Shown here in pieces: positions 1 to 12,690 of a stretch of DNA of 64,000 bases (position 1 is its first letter; each line of letters begins with the position of its first letter). Origin of the DNA: Octopus vulgaris (Eukaryota); the NCBI GenBank assembly GCA_951406725.2, contig OX597818.1, forward strand, positions 47,802,001 through 47,866,000, given 5' to 3'. The notes below the pieces were generated by a model that was not told where the DNA came from, did not search any database, and was given only the letters and a program-made list of their open reading frames with translations. Both the position numbers and the translations under genes were made by a program.

Positions 1-172
1 AATGTAAAGAAAACAGAATAAAGCTGCAGTGTTACCTTGTATTTTTATATTTCGGGGTGAAGTCCCCTTCTTCAGGTTATTTGGAAAAGCGAGTGTCCTG
101 AAGAAGGGTTCTTCACCCAGAAATATAGAAATACAAGATAAAACTGGAACTTTGTTCTGTTGTCTTTATATT
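1..172. mobile_element. Fold-back (inverted repeat) element with hammerhead-like core, probably PLE-derived; may extend beyond window start
   Basis: 1-76 is an imperfect reverse complement of 97-172; minus strand reads CCTGAAGA-A-GGGG-acttca-CCCC-GAAATATA. Confidence 0.6.
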
Positions 173-599
173 TTGTAGTTTATATTTTGTATCCTCTCGC
201 ATAATTCTGGCTTTACACAACTACATGCTTTAAAGTTATATCTCACAATACTTCACAAAAACTACTTTACACACATAAGGAATTAGTAAGATCCAATATG
301 ACCACGAAACAAGACGGTTGGTTGGCCTCAAGCAGAGATAAGGCTTGAATAAATAACACAAAGTATTCGATAATCGATCCATATTGTTTATTCATCAACT
401 TATACAAATCCACTTCTTCCCAGATCAATTTAAATAAAAATTGCAATAAGATGACCGCCATCTCAGCTGCACAAAGACATAGAAGTTGATTAAATTAGAA
501 CAGAATAGAATTGATGTAATTATTGCATTGTTCAATTAAATGGAGTTACATGAAACGATCGTACTGCATTACCTCTGGATATCCTTGTTGCTTATTTTG

Positions 600-602
<3 letters not shown>

Positions 603-669
<67 letters not shown>

Positions 670-680
670 ATGTATATGTA

Positions 681-737
<57 letters not shown>

Positions 738-756
738 GTATATGTATATGTATATG

Positions 757-835
<79 letters not shown>

Positions 836-846
836 TATATACATAT
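603..846. repeat. (TA)n/(TATG)n microsatellite
   Basis: Direct reading; source of the YIYI ORFs. Confidence 0.95.
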
Positions 847-2251
847 CAGCAGACTTACTGTGTAGTTAAGATGTTCGCTTTGCAACAATGTGGTTTTGGG
901 TTCAATCGCACGACGCAGTATCTTGGGAAAGTATCTTCTACTATAGCTCCGGACCGACCAATGAATTGTAAATGAATTTTGTCAATGGAAACTGTGTGGG
1001 AGCCCGTCATATGTGTGTATGTGTATGTATATATATATATGTGTGTGTGTGTGTGTAATGAATTCTCAGAAGCAGGGAAAAGAAACATGAAATTGGTATG
1101 TGTGGCATTTAAACCCTGAACGTAGACGAACGGAATTAGACGTTAATCCGACATGCCATTGTTACTAAGCAACCCTTGAACGTGATATTATGAATCATTT
1201 AAGGTGGTCGATTGACGGAATCGTTTGGGCGTCGAACAAACTGTTTTGCGGTCTTTTTGGTACTGTTGCTGATGTTCTGATATCAAATCCCATCGATGTG
1301 AAATTTGGCGTTAATTACTTCAGGGTTTGATGAAACAAAGCATCCGTTCAAGTACGGAGGTCGATGATATCGACTAGCCCCTCCCCTCAAAACAGCTGGT
1401 CTTGTGCTGCCTAAGATAGAAGATAATTGTTATAAATCAGCTTAGTTTAACTTACAAAGACTCACAAAGAGTGACAAAGAGAAAATATGAAAAATAAAAA
1501 TAATCAATATCTTGCTCGGAACTCGCGCCTATAACTAATGAGAGATCAACTTTCAATGTGTCCAACTTACACACACACAAACACACACACACACACACAC
1601 ACATACACACGCACACACAAATGTATATATGCACGCGTACACATACACTCGTCATTCCTTTAAGAAAACATCTTAAACGTCTTGGGTGATAACTCCCGCC
1701 ACAACCTATCCCCCCCCCAATACTAGATAACTACCAGGAATTTTATTGGTGGGATGCCAGTGATCTTGGAACACTAGCTTGGAGGGGCAAGAGTCAGGCC
1801 CCCTGGCAAATATACGGAAAACTATTACGGTATCAAATATCATAGAATCCACTGAATGCGGAAAACTGCTTTTCAGTGATAAGTGTTTAAACGCCTCACT
1901 GTTGCACACACACACACACACACACACGCACGCAATCGTATTTTCTGTAATTCATCAATATATTTTTGAAATGGTTCCGTGACTCCTCGCAAATATTTCT
2001 TTCTTTCTAATATAGATACAAGGCCTGAATTTGGGTGAAGGGATTAGTCGTTTACATCGATCAAAGTACAAGACTGGTACTTTATTTTACTGGCCTCGAA
2101 GGGATGAAAGGTGAAGTTGATCTCGGTGGAATTGAACTCAAAACGTAAGGGGCCGGAAGAAATGCCGCTGAGTATTTTATCTGACGCACTAATGGTTCAT
2201 CCGGCTCGCTGCCCTTTTTCTACCTTACATAAATATATGATTCTTTTTTCA

Positions 2252-2640
2252 GGTTAGTTAGTTAGTTCTCACCGTGCCACGAGGTACATGTGGCTAAGGC
2301 ACATGTGGCTGAAGCACATGTGGCTGAAGCACATGTGGCTGAAGCACATGTGGCTGAAGCACATGTGGCTGCAAAACTATCTCTCCAACCTGGTCTGTTT
2401 TCTGCCACTCTTCAGGTCTCATTCCATCTTCTTACCGTTCTCGCCACCTTTCCTTATCAATGGTCATTCGTTGTGTGGTTTTAGGGTGCCCTGCAGCTCT
2501 TTTCCCTTCAGGCTGCTACTTTAGTGCTACCATACAATTGCTTTCTTGATCTTATCTTAGGACGTGTCTGGAGACGTGTCCGATCCAGTTCCAGCGTCTG
2601 CGTCATATTTCGTCACTGATCCTGTTGATGTTCGCTGTCG
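2252..2640 (-). mobile_element. RTE-clade LINE 3' fragment, decayed, with (AACT)n tail
   Basis: Minus strand translates to RISDEI*RRRWNWIGHV...QPEGKRAAGHPKTT...VAENRPGWR, typical of an RTE C-terminus; tail repeat at 2252-2266. Confidence 0.7.
2287..2371. repeat. 15-bp tandem repeat (CACATGTGGCTGAAG) x~6 inside the RTE 3' end
   Basis: Direct reading. Confidence 0.95.
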
Positions 2641-3805
2641 TCTCATTTGTGTCATTTCGGACTCTTTGCAGCCACTCAAGAATATTCGACATCAATTGGC
2701 TTCTTTCAGGTAGTTTGGGATTAATAGTTCTACCCGCCTAATCCTCAAAGGGGAGATAATAGTTACTGTTGTAAACGATCAACTACACAATAGCGTAGCT
2801 AGTGGGGGAGGATATAGGCGGTCCGCCACGGGCGACGATTTTATGGCGGCGGCAATTTTGGGTTTCCTATATAAGCTTCTATAAGGGATGGAGGCGGCAA
2901 ATTCAAGAGCTATCACAGGAAGCATACGCTCTAGCCATTCCTCCGCGGGTACACTGTACAATCCATGTCCTGGACTGAAGTCCTATGTAGCAGCCTCTCC
3001 AGCTAATATTGACCGTCCGCCTATACATGTATGTGTAAAGCTGGGCAAAATATTTTGAGAAAGACTAGTAGTTGACCTTTGATACAAATTTCTCCTCTCC
3101 ACGCTAACAATGTTTGTGTTAGAGAAAAGCCGTGAAATTGAACCGATACTGCTTGTTACCAGTGTTGTCACGGCCGTTGTTGTCACAAAGCAAAGAGCTG
3201 CAAAAAATATCACACAGAATCTCGCACGACCCTTTGCTAGTTATGCAAGTTTGCTAGTTCTCGCACGACCCTTTGCTAGTTCTGCTATAATGCGCTGGTA
3301 TGGCTGTGTGGTGAAGAAGCTCGCTTTGTAACCACATAGCTTCCGGTTCAGTCCCATTATGCAGCACCTTGGGCAAGTGTCTTCTACTGTAGCCTCTGCT
3401 CAACACAAGCCTTATAGGTGAATTTCATAGACAGTAATTGTGGAAGCATTTCAAGAAATACATCGTGTCGGAATTTGAAAGTGAGCCACTGGGCACTTAG
3501 TAAACCATTAACATCTTGCATACGTCTGCCTGACAGAGAATTATTGTAGCGTTGGTTATCGCCCTTGTGTTTTTCTTCTTGTCTTCTTCTTTATCAGCGT
3601 TCCTTATTCAAACGTCTTCTGCCCAAAAGACAACTGACAAACGGTCTGGTTTTCAGCTTCAAAAATGGCGAAATAAAATGAAAATGAATTATTATTTCGG
3701 TCAGGAAACCCTGGGTAGCTGTATTTAATAAAATTTGCGGTTATCATTATAACATTACACACACACAAACACACACACATCACACACACACACACACATC
3801 TCCCC

Positions 3806-3845
<40 letters not shown>

Positions 3846-3867
3846 ATTGATTTATATATATATAAAT

Positions 3868-3963
<96 letters not shown>

Positions 3964-4040
3964 ATATGTATTATATATACATACATACATATAATATTAT
4001 ATATATTATATATATTATATACATAAATTATATATATATA

Positions 4041-4350
4041 TGTAAATGTAATATGTGACAATTATTCGGTAGCCATGATAAAACTCCGAGTTTCGGATGC
4101 CGAGGTGGAAATCCACGCCGCCATCTCTTCAGTTATCCCGCCATCGGAAAAATGCTGCATTCTTCCGACGGCCGGATAACTGAAGAGATGGCGGCGTGGA
4201 TTTCCACCTCGGCATCCGAAACTCGGAGTTTTATCATGGCTACCGAATAATTGTCACATATTACATTTACAGATAAATTCCTCTATTTCCATAATATCGA
4301 GGTCTCTTTCATTCTTTTGTTGTCTTACCATTTTTTATCAATAAATTATA
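4041..4350 (+). mobile_element. Young fold-back element (near-perfect 231-bp palindrome plus 3' extension) carrying a hammerhead ribozyme, inserted in (TA)n
   Basis: 4041-4138 is the exact reverse complement of 4174-4271; axis near 4156; TA tracts on both sides. Confidence 0.85.
4175..4235 (+). ncRNA. Type-I hammerhead ribozyme motif (mirror copy on the - strand at ~4077-4137)
   Basis: GATAA-CTGAAGA-[GATG..CATC]-C-GAAA-CTC-G-GAG-T-T-TTATC: stem I GATAA/TTATC, stem III ACTC/GAGT, predicted site GUU; one bulged C at the base of stem II. Confidence 0.7.
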
Positions 4351-4599
4351 TATATATATATAAAGATTTTATCTATAAAGATGTATGTATGTATGTATGT
4401 ATGTATGTATGTATGTATGTATGTATGTATGTATGTATGTATGTATGTATGTATGTATTCATCTAGGTATGTGTGTATGCGTGCGCGCGTGCGTGTGTAT
4501 TGGTACCCACGTTCAGAGCTGTCCCAGTGGACAAGCTGTGTCGCAATCCTCTTAGAATCTTTGAGAGAATTTTTGATTTTATTTCTGTATTGTTTTATT

Positions 4600-4990
4600 T
4601 ATCTTTAATACAACCACTACAATCGCTACCACCACCACCACCACCACCATTTCTCTTGGTACCATCGTCACCATCAATAATATTGTCATTACCATCCTCC
4701 TCCTCCTCCTCGTCTTTCCCATGTTAATTACTACACCAGCCACACCAACCTCCGTCCTCTTCATCATCAACCCATCTCCAATAACCTAACCATTACTGTC
4801 ATCTATATCACGCAAACCATCCTCCTCCTCCACCTCCTCCTCCTCCTCCTCCTCCTCCTCCTCCACCACCACCACCACCTCCTTCTCCTCCTCCACCTCC
4901 TCCTCCTCCTCACCACCACCACCACCACCAGCCGCCGACTATTACTCAGCAAGCAGCATTACCTCCAACGCACCCACCACTCCCACTAGA
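4600..4990. repeat. (CCT/CCA/CAT)n low-complexity trinucleotide tract
   Basis: Direct reading. Confidence 0.85.
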
Positions 4991-5002
4991 ACCATCTTCA
5001 TT

Positions 5003-5232
5003 ACCTATTTCTTTATTTACCCACAAGGGGCTAAACATAGAGTGGACAAACAAGGACAGATAAACGGATTAAGTCGATTACATCGACCCCAGTGCGTAAC
5101 TGGTACTTAATTTATCGACCCCGAAAAGATGAAAGGCGAAGTCGACCTCGGCGGAATTTGAACTCAACGTAACGGCAGACAAAATACGGCCACGCATTTC
5201 GCCCGGCGTGCTAACGTTTCTGCCAGCCCGCT
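5003..5232 (-). mobile_element. tRNA-derived SINE, family B
   Basis: Matches copies at 7868, 10592, 18568, 29858, 31690 and 50780; B-box GTTCAAATTCC; central GCCTTTCATCCTTTCGGGGTCGATAAA resembles a MetaSINE-like domain. Confidence 0.85.
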
Positions 5233-5699
5233 ACCAACACCCTCATCCGCGTCATCATTGGCGCTCCCTTTCTTCTTGATAAAAGCATACACACCTATCT
5301 ATTTACCAACCTGTTCGTATATGCATTTGGCTTATCCATCTACTTATCCACTCACCTGTATATTACCAACCCACCTGTCCATATATCTACCTACCTGTCT
5401 CAGTCATTTATACACCCACTCTTTTCCTTGTATCAAATATATTCTAATCCTTTGTGGAAATTCCCGATATTTTTTATCTTTGTTTTTACTTTATTTTACT
5501 GCATTTTATTATTTTATTTATACTTTTATCTTAATTCTAAAAAAAAAATTTATGTAATTTATATTTTATAAAAATAATTATATTTTAATGTTAATTAAAA
5601 AAAATTCTCGCTAGTTATATATTTAAAAAATCTACATGTAATTCTTGTTTCATCTTCTTATCTGTTGAAGTATAACGTGTAGGTGTTTGTGTGTGCATG

Positions 5700-5846
5700 T
5701 AGGCGTGACTGTATGGTAACAAGCTTACTTCCCAACCACATGGTTCAGGGTTCAGTCCCACTGCGTGGCACCTCGGGCAAGTGTTTTCGGGCCGACCAAA
5801 GCCTTGTGAGTGGATTTGGTAGACAAAAACTGAAAGAAGCCCGTCG
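5700..5846 (+). mobile_element. SINE family A, 5' half (its 3' half lies at 7420-7570, separated by nested insertions)
   Basis: Matches the head of the 12257 and 24643 copies up to GAAGCCCGTCG. Confidence 0.75.
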
Positions 5847-6267
5847 GCAAGACACACTTTGTTGTCTCTCTGTAGCCCTAAGGCTTTTTTCTAACGCCAG
5901 CTCAAAAATTTACTCGTCCTGTCGAAAAGACGCATGTCTGTGACGTCCTGTTTTTGTTGTTATTATTATTATCATTATTGTTTTTACGTATTTTTGTATT
6001 TTTACTCGTGTAACATCGTCCGTTTTTCCGTCCTTGTTTTGTATACATTCGAGGCTTTCTTCCAAGGAATCTAATGCGCTTGGCTTAGATTTTCCTTTGG
6101 AGCTGGCCAGATCGGAGCAATCTCAAGATTAATCAGCCAAAATTGCGAAGATGATCCGGTTCTTGACTGAAGATTGAAGGCTTCGAATGTCCCGTCAGTG
6201 TTTTTTGTATCGTCTTCTAAATGTTTCACGTTCTTGTCCCATTTTGTATTTTTTTACATTTACATAT

Positions 6268-7322
6268 GATTGATTGATTGATTGATTGATTCTAGTTTCA
6301 GCTCATGAGCTGTGGCCATGCTGGGGCACCGCCATTTGGTGTTGCTACATGGTTTTACTTCACGAATGCTTTTTAGCAACTGCCATTTGGTGCATGAGAG
6401 AGTTCGATGCAGCTGCCCTCATCTGCACCTCCTGCCGTGAAGTTGGTTCATCTGGGATACCTGACAAGAAGAGATCCAGTTTCATTTTAAAGACATCTGC
6501 ATCCACCCCATGCAGGTCCCTTAGGTTCTTCGGGAGGATATTGAAGAGCTGTGGGCCTCGGAAGCCCAGGCTATCACAGTATCTTGTCCTACATCTTGAT
6601 GGCAAATTTGGAGTCCTAGGCACCACGCAGTGGCGCCCAGTTCTGGCATTTGTGTAACTCTCGATGCCAAAGTTTGGGACAAGTCCCTCCAGGATCTTCC
6701 AGATGTATATTATGGCATATCTTTCTCGCCTACGCTCCAAGGAATAGAGTTTTAATCTCTTGAGTCTTTCCCAGTAGCTTATATTCTGCATAGAGGCTAT
6801 CTTCTTCGTGTAGCTACGTTGGATCGCCTCAAGTTCTGTGATCAACTTGACATTGGATGGTGACCATAGCTGAGAGCAATAGTCAAAGTGGCTTAGGACA
6901 AGTGTCCTCCAGAGGACCATCATGGTTTCTTGTTCTCTTGTTCTAAAGGTTCTGAGAATCCATCCGGCCAGTCGTCTACATTTCATTGCCAATTTAGCAA
7001 CATGTACACGAAAGGTTGCGTCATCACTCATGTAAATACCCAGGTCACGCACTGATTGTGCCTCTGGGATTGCAATTCCTCCGGGTCCAGTGTATTCATT
7101 GGGTATTGCATTTAGTTTTGCATGCTGATAGTATAAAGCTTGAAACTTTTCAGCATTGAACTGCATGCTATTCTTTTCAGCCCACTTGTATATTTTGTCC
7201 AGCTCACATTGCAGGCGTTTATTGTCCTCAGGGTTCTGTATTGACTGTGAAACTTTTGTATCATCTGCATAACTTGTGATCGTGGCTCTCTGCGTGGCTG
7301 AGGGCATGTCTGAGAGGGCCAT
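6268..7322 (-). mobile_element. CR1-group LINE, 5'-truncated, with uninterrupted ORF2 C-terminal part (RT thumb) and (AATC)n tail
   Basis: ORF 6360-7322 (320 aa) has YADDTK, W..KNSMQFNAEK, RDLGIY, DYCSQLWSP and LYSLERRRER motifs; tail repeat at 6268-6290. Confidence 0.92.
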
Positions 7323-7415
<93 letters not shown>

Positions 7416-7419
7416 TGTA

Positions 7420-7568
7420 TGTATGTACGTGTGTGTGTATTTGTTCCTCCGTCATCGCTTGACAACCGGTGTTGGTGCGTCTACGCCCCCTTAACTTAGC
7501 GCTTCGCGAAAGACACTTCAAGGCGGTGCTCCAGCACGGCCGTAGTCAAATGACTGAAGCAAATAAAA

Positions 7569-7570
<2 letters not shown>
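7420..7570 (+). mobile_element. SINE family A, 3' half
   Basis: CGCTTGACAACC...GGCGGTGCTCCAGCACGGCCGTAGTCAAATGACTGAA. Confidence 0.75.
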
Positions 7571-7665
<95 letters not shown>

Positions 7666-7867
7666 TACACACACATATATAGTTCACAGATGAAATCCGG
7701 AGATTCTCGGTATAGAAAACACTTATTAGCGTTCAAATGATTCGAACTTAGACTCCGAAGTCTTTACGAGGAACCAATCTCGTGGGGTAAAGAGTGGCTA
7801 TACAAGGAATCCAGGTGAGCAGATATGGAGGCAACTATGTAGACAAACAAATTAGGTATACTTAATA

Positions 7868-8085
7868 TAAGGCGGCGAGCTGGGCGAGATGCTTAGTGGT
7901 ATTTTGTCTGTCTTTACGTTCTGAGTTCAAATTCCGCCGAGGTCAACTTTGTCTTTCATCCTTTCGGGGTCGATAAATTAAGTACCAGTTACGCACTGGA
8001 ATCGATGTAATCGACATAATCCCTTTGTCTGTCCTTGTTTGTCCCTTCTATGTTTAGCCCCTTGTGGGCAATAAAGAAATAAGAA
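7868..8085 (+). mobile_element. SINE family B
   Basis: AAGGCGGCGAGCTGG head, B-box, tail GCCCCTTGTGGG..AAAGAAAT. Confidence 0.85.
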
Positions 8086-8137
8086 ATACCTTAGTTTGAT
8101 TATCCGCATAATTGCCTCTCTCTTTCTATATGTATAA

Positions 8138-8535
8138 CTAGCAGTATCGCCCGGCGTTGCTCGGGTTTGTAAGGGAAATAACTATATAAGCATTTTTAGA
8201 GATGTAAAGTATAATAGCCATCTCAATATGGCTAACCACAAAGGTGGGGTGTTACTGTAGCTTTTTACGTTCTGAGATTTAATAATACATTTTCAGAGAG
8301 TTACTTCCCTTATATATGCCAAAAATGCATTAAAAAATTTGAAAAATTGATTGTAAATTTTTTTTTTAAATCGTAGACTAATCGTAGACGCGCGCTAATA
8401 CCCAGAAGGGCTCGATATGAATCACGACTATAAGATACCCGGTTTTGGTTAAACTGCACCGCAAAATGTGGGAGTAGTTAGGAATCTAAATCGTAGGAGA
8501 CAGACAGCACACAACCTCTCTTTTATATATAAAGA
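8138..8535 (-). mobile_element. Non-autonomous Helitron
   Basis: 5' TC, 3' CTAG preceded by hairpin CCCGAGCAACGCCGGG; homologous to 54777-55176 and 55903-56299. Confidence 0.8.
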
Positions 8536-8639
8536 GGATATGTGTGTGTGTGTGTGTAAATGTATACAGTTGAAAAGTTCGGAATCTATACAAGTCAAAG
8601 GTTACGGCAAAATGGAAATAGCACAGAAGTATTCTATTA

Positions 8640-8837
8640 TTCTTTTATTTGCTTCAGTCATTTGACTGCGGCCATGCTGGAGCACCGCCTTTAGTCGAAC
8701 AAATCGACCCCAGGACTTATTCTTTGTAAGCCTAGTACTTATTCCATCGGTCTCTTTTTGCCGAACTGCTAAATTACGAGGATGTAAACTCACCAAGATC
8801 GGTTTCAGGCGATGGTGGGGACAAACAGACATACCAA

Positions 8838-8884
<47 letters not shown>

Positions 8885-8920
8885 GACGGGCTTCCTTCAG
8901 TTTCCGTCTACCAAATCCAC
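8640..8920 (-). mobile_element. SINE family A, partial
   Basis: Tail and internal (TA)n match the family. Confidence 0.8.
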
Positions 8921-9668
8921 TGGGTGACTGCATTGTCTGTGGATTACTCAGCCACTTGTACATTAATTTCACGAGCAGGCAGTTTCGTTGCTCGGATCAA
9001 CTGGAACCCTGGTCATCATAACCGACAGAATTCCAGTTTTCATTTGTAACTGAAATATATATATAAAAAGGTGAAGTATTGTCTCAAAATCCTATGCTGG
9101 TTATCTACTTTCCATGGTATACAAGGGACCAAAATCTCAACATATCCCCTTGAACGGGACGCCTTTTGTAGCTGAATAGACCAAAGCAACGTGGCAGAAG
9201 AGCGCAACTCACCGCCCTCTCCCGGAATCGAAATCGTGAGCTTGTAAGCGTGAATGCAACGCCTTAACCACTAGGCCACGCATTTTCACACCTGAAATAA
9301 AAGTAAGTGGTAAATTAGTACCAGTTTTTTTTTTGTGTGTGGTTTACAAACAACTCCAAGAAGTAAAAGTATTGCTTCTAAAGCTTTGATGTATGTATAT
9401 CTGTGAAAAATAATGATTATCGAACCAGTTCTAAAGAGACATTTAATACAAGTGTTGGCTCATAAAATTTGCAAATTTTAAGAATTAAATCTCCAAAATA
9501 AAATATACTTTATTATCTAGTTTAAACTAATATTTAAAATAAATTACGCAATAATAAATACATTACTCGTGTCTTTTGGTGTTTAATTACTTGAAAACTG
9601 TGTCTTACAATTTTTATTGCTTATTTTATTGAGTTTGAACCAATTACCATAATGTAATGTTTTATAAT

Positions 9669-10053
9669 GGAAGCACTCCGTCGGTTACGACGATGAGGGT
9701 TCCGTTTGATCCGAATCAACGGAACAGCCTGCTCGTGAAATTAACGTGTAAGTGGCTGAGCACTCCACAGACACGTGCACCCTTAACGTAGTTCTCGGGG
9801 AGATTCAGCGTGACACAGAGAGTGACAAGGCCGGCCCCTTGAAATACAGGCACAACAGAAACAGGAAGTAAGAGTGAGAGAAAGTTGTGGTGAAAGAGTA
9901 CAGCAGGGATCACCACCACCCCCTGCCGGAGCCTCGTGGAGCTTTTAGGTGTTTTCGCTCAATAAACACTCACAACGCCTGGTCTGGGAATCGAAACCGC
10001 GATCCTACGACCGCGAGTCCGCTGCCCTAACCACTGGGCCATTGCGCCTCCAC
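9669..10053 (-). mobile_element. tRNA-derived SINE family C, full length, 13-bp TSD
   Basis: Head GTGGAGGCGCAATGGCCCAGTGGTTAGG, B-box GTTTCGATTCC; TSD AATGTTTTATAAT at 9656-9668 and 10054-10066. Confidence 0.9.
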
Positions 10054-10591
10054 AATGTTTTATAATAACTTGCAACAAAACAAATTCAATGTCTGCAAGG
10101 CTTTTATCGGATTGATTATTTGTACTAATCGAAGCGTTGCTGTTTACAGTAATACTTCGATTAGCGCTACCCCGTTTAGCGCTGATTCGCTATAACAATC
10201 GTTTCTCCAGGAGTTGATATTTTCAGTGAGACGTCACTAAATTATAATAAGAACTATAAATAAGTCGCTGTGGTGGCTGAATCGTTAGCTTGCCGGACAA
10301 AATGCTTAACGGCATCTCGTCCGTCTTTACGTTCTGAGTTCAAATCCCACCGTTTTCGACTTTGCTTTTCATCATTTCGGGGATCGTTGAAATAAATATC
10401 AGTTGAACACTGAAGTCGATGTAATCGAATTATCCTCACCCCTAAAATTGCTGGCCTTGTGCCAAAATTTGAAACGGTTATAACAACTGTAAGTAAGATA
10501 TTAGGATTCACACACCTACAAGGGGTTGCTGAAAAGTTCTTAGCTTTGAGTAAAAGAAAATACAGGAGGATCAGTTAATTATGGTTTTCTT

Positions 10592-11028
10592 CAGAACGTA
10601 GCGGCAGACGAAATACCTATTTCTTTACTACCCACGAGGGGCTAAACACAGAGGGTACAAACAAGGACAGACGAACGGATTAAGTCGATTATATCGACCC
10701 CAGTGCGTAACTGGTACTTATTTAATCGACTCCGAAAGGATGAAAGGCGAAGTCGACCTCGGCGAAATTTGAACTCAGAACGTAGCGGCAGACGAAATAC
10801 CTATTTCTTTATTCCCCACAAGGGGCTAAACATAGAGGGGACAAACAAGGACAGACATAGGTATTAAGTCGATTACATCGACCCCAGTGCGTAACTGGTA
10901 CTTAATTTATCGACCCCGAAAGGATGAAAGGCAAAGTCGACCTCGGCGGAATTTGAACTCAAAACGTAACGCAGACGAAATACCGCTAAGCGTTTCGCAT
11001 GCTAACGTTTCTGCCAGCTCGCCGTCTT
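10592..11028 (-). mobile_element. SINE family B tandem multimer (~2.3 units)
   Basis: Repeated ~183-bp unit with a single head at the right end. Confidence 0.85.
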
Positions 11029-11094
11029 AATGTTCATAAATGTTGATATACAAATGTATTTTTTTGTATATGTATATATGTATGTATCTAGCAG

Positions 11095-11480
11095 TGAAAA
11101 GATGTTGCAAAGAACATAATCCTGAGCCCCAGGAATTAATGGTGATTGATAATGCTCCATGTCACCAGAACTTTTATACCCTCCAAGACTTGCATTCCTG
11201 TCGAAACTTTTCACGAACCATCAAATACCTCTTCCTTACTACATCCAATCAATGAGAATGTCATTTCTAAACTCAAAGACTATTACTTCCCTTGCTCTTT
11301 CAAACAACATGAAGAAATAGGTGGCCAAAATAAGCAATTTCTCAAGGGTTGCTATGCTACAAAGGCCAGAGATAATATCAAAACAGTCTTTGACGGAGAA
11401 ATCAAGAACGGCATGAAGAGAGTGTAGAAGCTCTAGTCAGAAGCATGCAAATAATATCAGAGTCATCAAGGAAGTCAATG
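11095..11480 (+). pseudogene. pogo/Tigger (DDE_1) transposase remnant
   Basis: Frameshifted LMVIDNAPCH and PSNTSSLLHPINENVISKLKDYY resemble the DNAPGH / PPNTTSLLQPMDQGVI..FK.YY motifs. Confidence 0.7.
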
Positions 11481-12256
11481 AGCTGGTCATTGTAGGATGA
11501 GGTGGGGAGGGGGATGTAAAATGTCTATGTGTAAGATTTTGAAGAGTGAGTATAATCTCTTGTTAAGAGATTATCAGTTTATGAGCTGCAGGTGTTAGGC
11601 CAAGGAGTTAAGAAAGAACCGTTAAAATTGAAATTCTCTGTGACAACATCACTGACATTTCTTTGGAATGACCATGACTGGGCGGGCAGTTGCAAGACAA
11701 AGAGAATTGCTCTGGACATGATATGTGGTCACAGTGAATTGTTTCACGAGACAAGACTAAAAAACAAAAACCCCAAAATGCAGACGACATTAGATCGAAA
11801 AGCAACGGCTGCGTGCAAAAAAAAATCTATTGTTTTGATACTAATCCTAAATACAGTCTCTTCTACCCTACTTCTCATCGCTCCTTTTTTCTTTTAACAG
11901 GATTAAAGGTGAGTAGACCTTCTGTAAGAGTAACTGAAATTTATTAATTTAATCTGTTTCGAAACTTCATAATATTGGATCTTCAGCGTATTTTGTAATT
12001 TTACCCATAACTTTTTGATAACAATGTGACATGACATTGTGTGAAGTCATCTGAAGTTAAGCGCTTAGAGGTTGAGTTAGTTGAGACAGTAAGTCTATAG
12101 ATTTTCCAGTTGTTTAGCAGTAGCTATCATTTTCATTTGTGCTGATATTACTGTTAAAAGCTTGTATCTCTCTACTCTGTTATAATGATTCTGTAATCGC
12201 TGTTAGCATTTTTAAATCAGGCATTTACAAAATATTTTGTTTTAATCATTAGAATA

Positions 12257-12418
12257 GGCGCAGGAGTGGCTGTGTGGTAAGTAGCTTGCTTACAAACCTC
12301 ATGGTTCCGGGTTCAGTCCCACTGCGTGGCACCTTGGGCAAGTGTCTCCTACTATAGCCTCGGGTCGACCAAAGCTTTGTGAGTGGATTTGGTAGCCAGA
12401 AACTGAAAGAAGCTCGTC

Positions 12419-12463
<45 letters not shown>

Positions 12464-12690
12464 CGTGTGTGTGTTTATGTATTTGTGTTTGTCCCCCCAA
12501 CATCGCTTGACAATCGATGGTGGTATGTTTACGTTCCCGTTACTTAGCGGTTCGGCAAAAGAGACCGATAGAATAAGTACTAGGCTTACAAAGAATAAGT
12601 CCTGGGGTTGATGTGTTCGACTAAAGGCGGTGCTCCAGCATAGCCACAGTCAAATGACCGAAACAAGTGAAAAGAGAAAAGAGAGAAAAG
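12257..12690 (+). mobile_element. SINE family A, full length
   Basis: Head GGCGCAGGAGTGGCTGTGTGGTAAG, B-box-like GGTTCAGTCCC, internal (TA)n, LINE-like tail. Confidence 0.9.

Noticed and set aside
2288-2524. MWLKH / AHVAE repeat proteins
   Set aside because: 15-bp tandem expansion within a dead RTE 3' end
6160-6205. CTGAAGA...GAAT hammerhead-like string
   Set aside because: No GAAA and no convincing stems II/III; 5850-6265 is left as an unclassified insert
6286-6657. 123-aa plus-strand ORF
   Set aside because: Antisense shadow of the LINE ORF2
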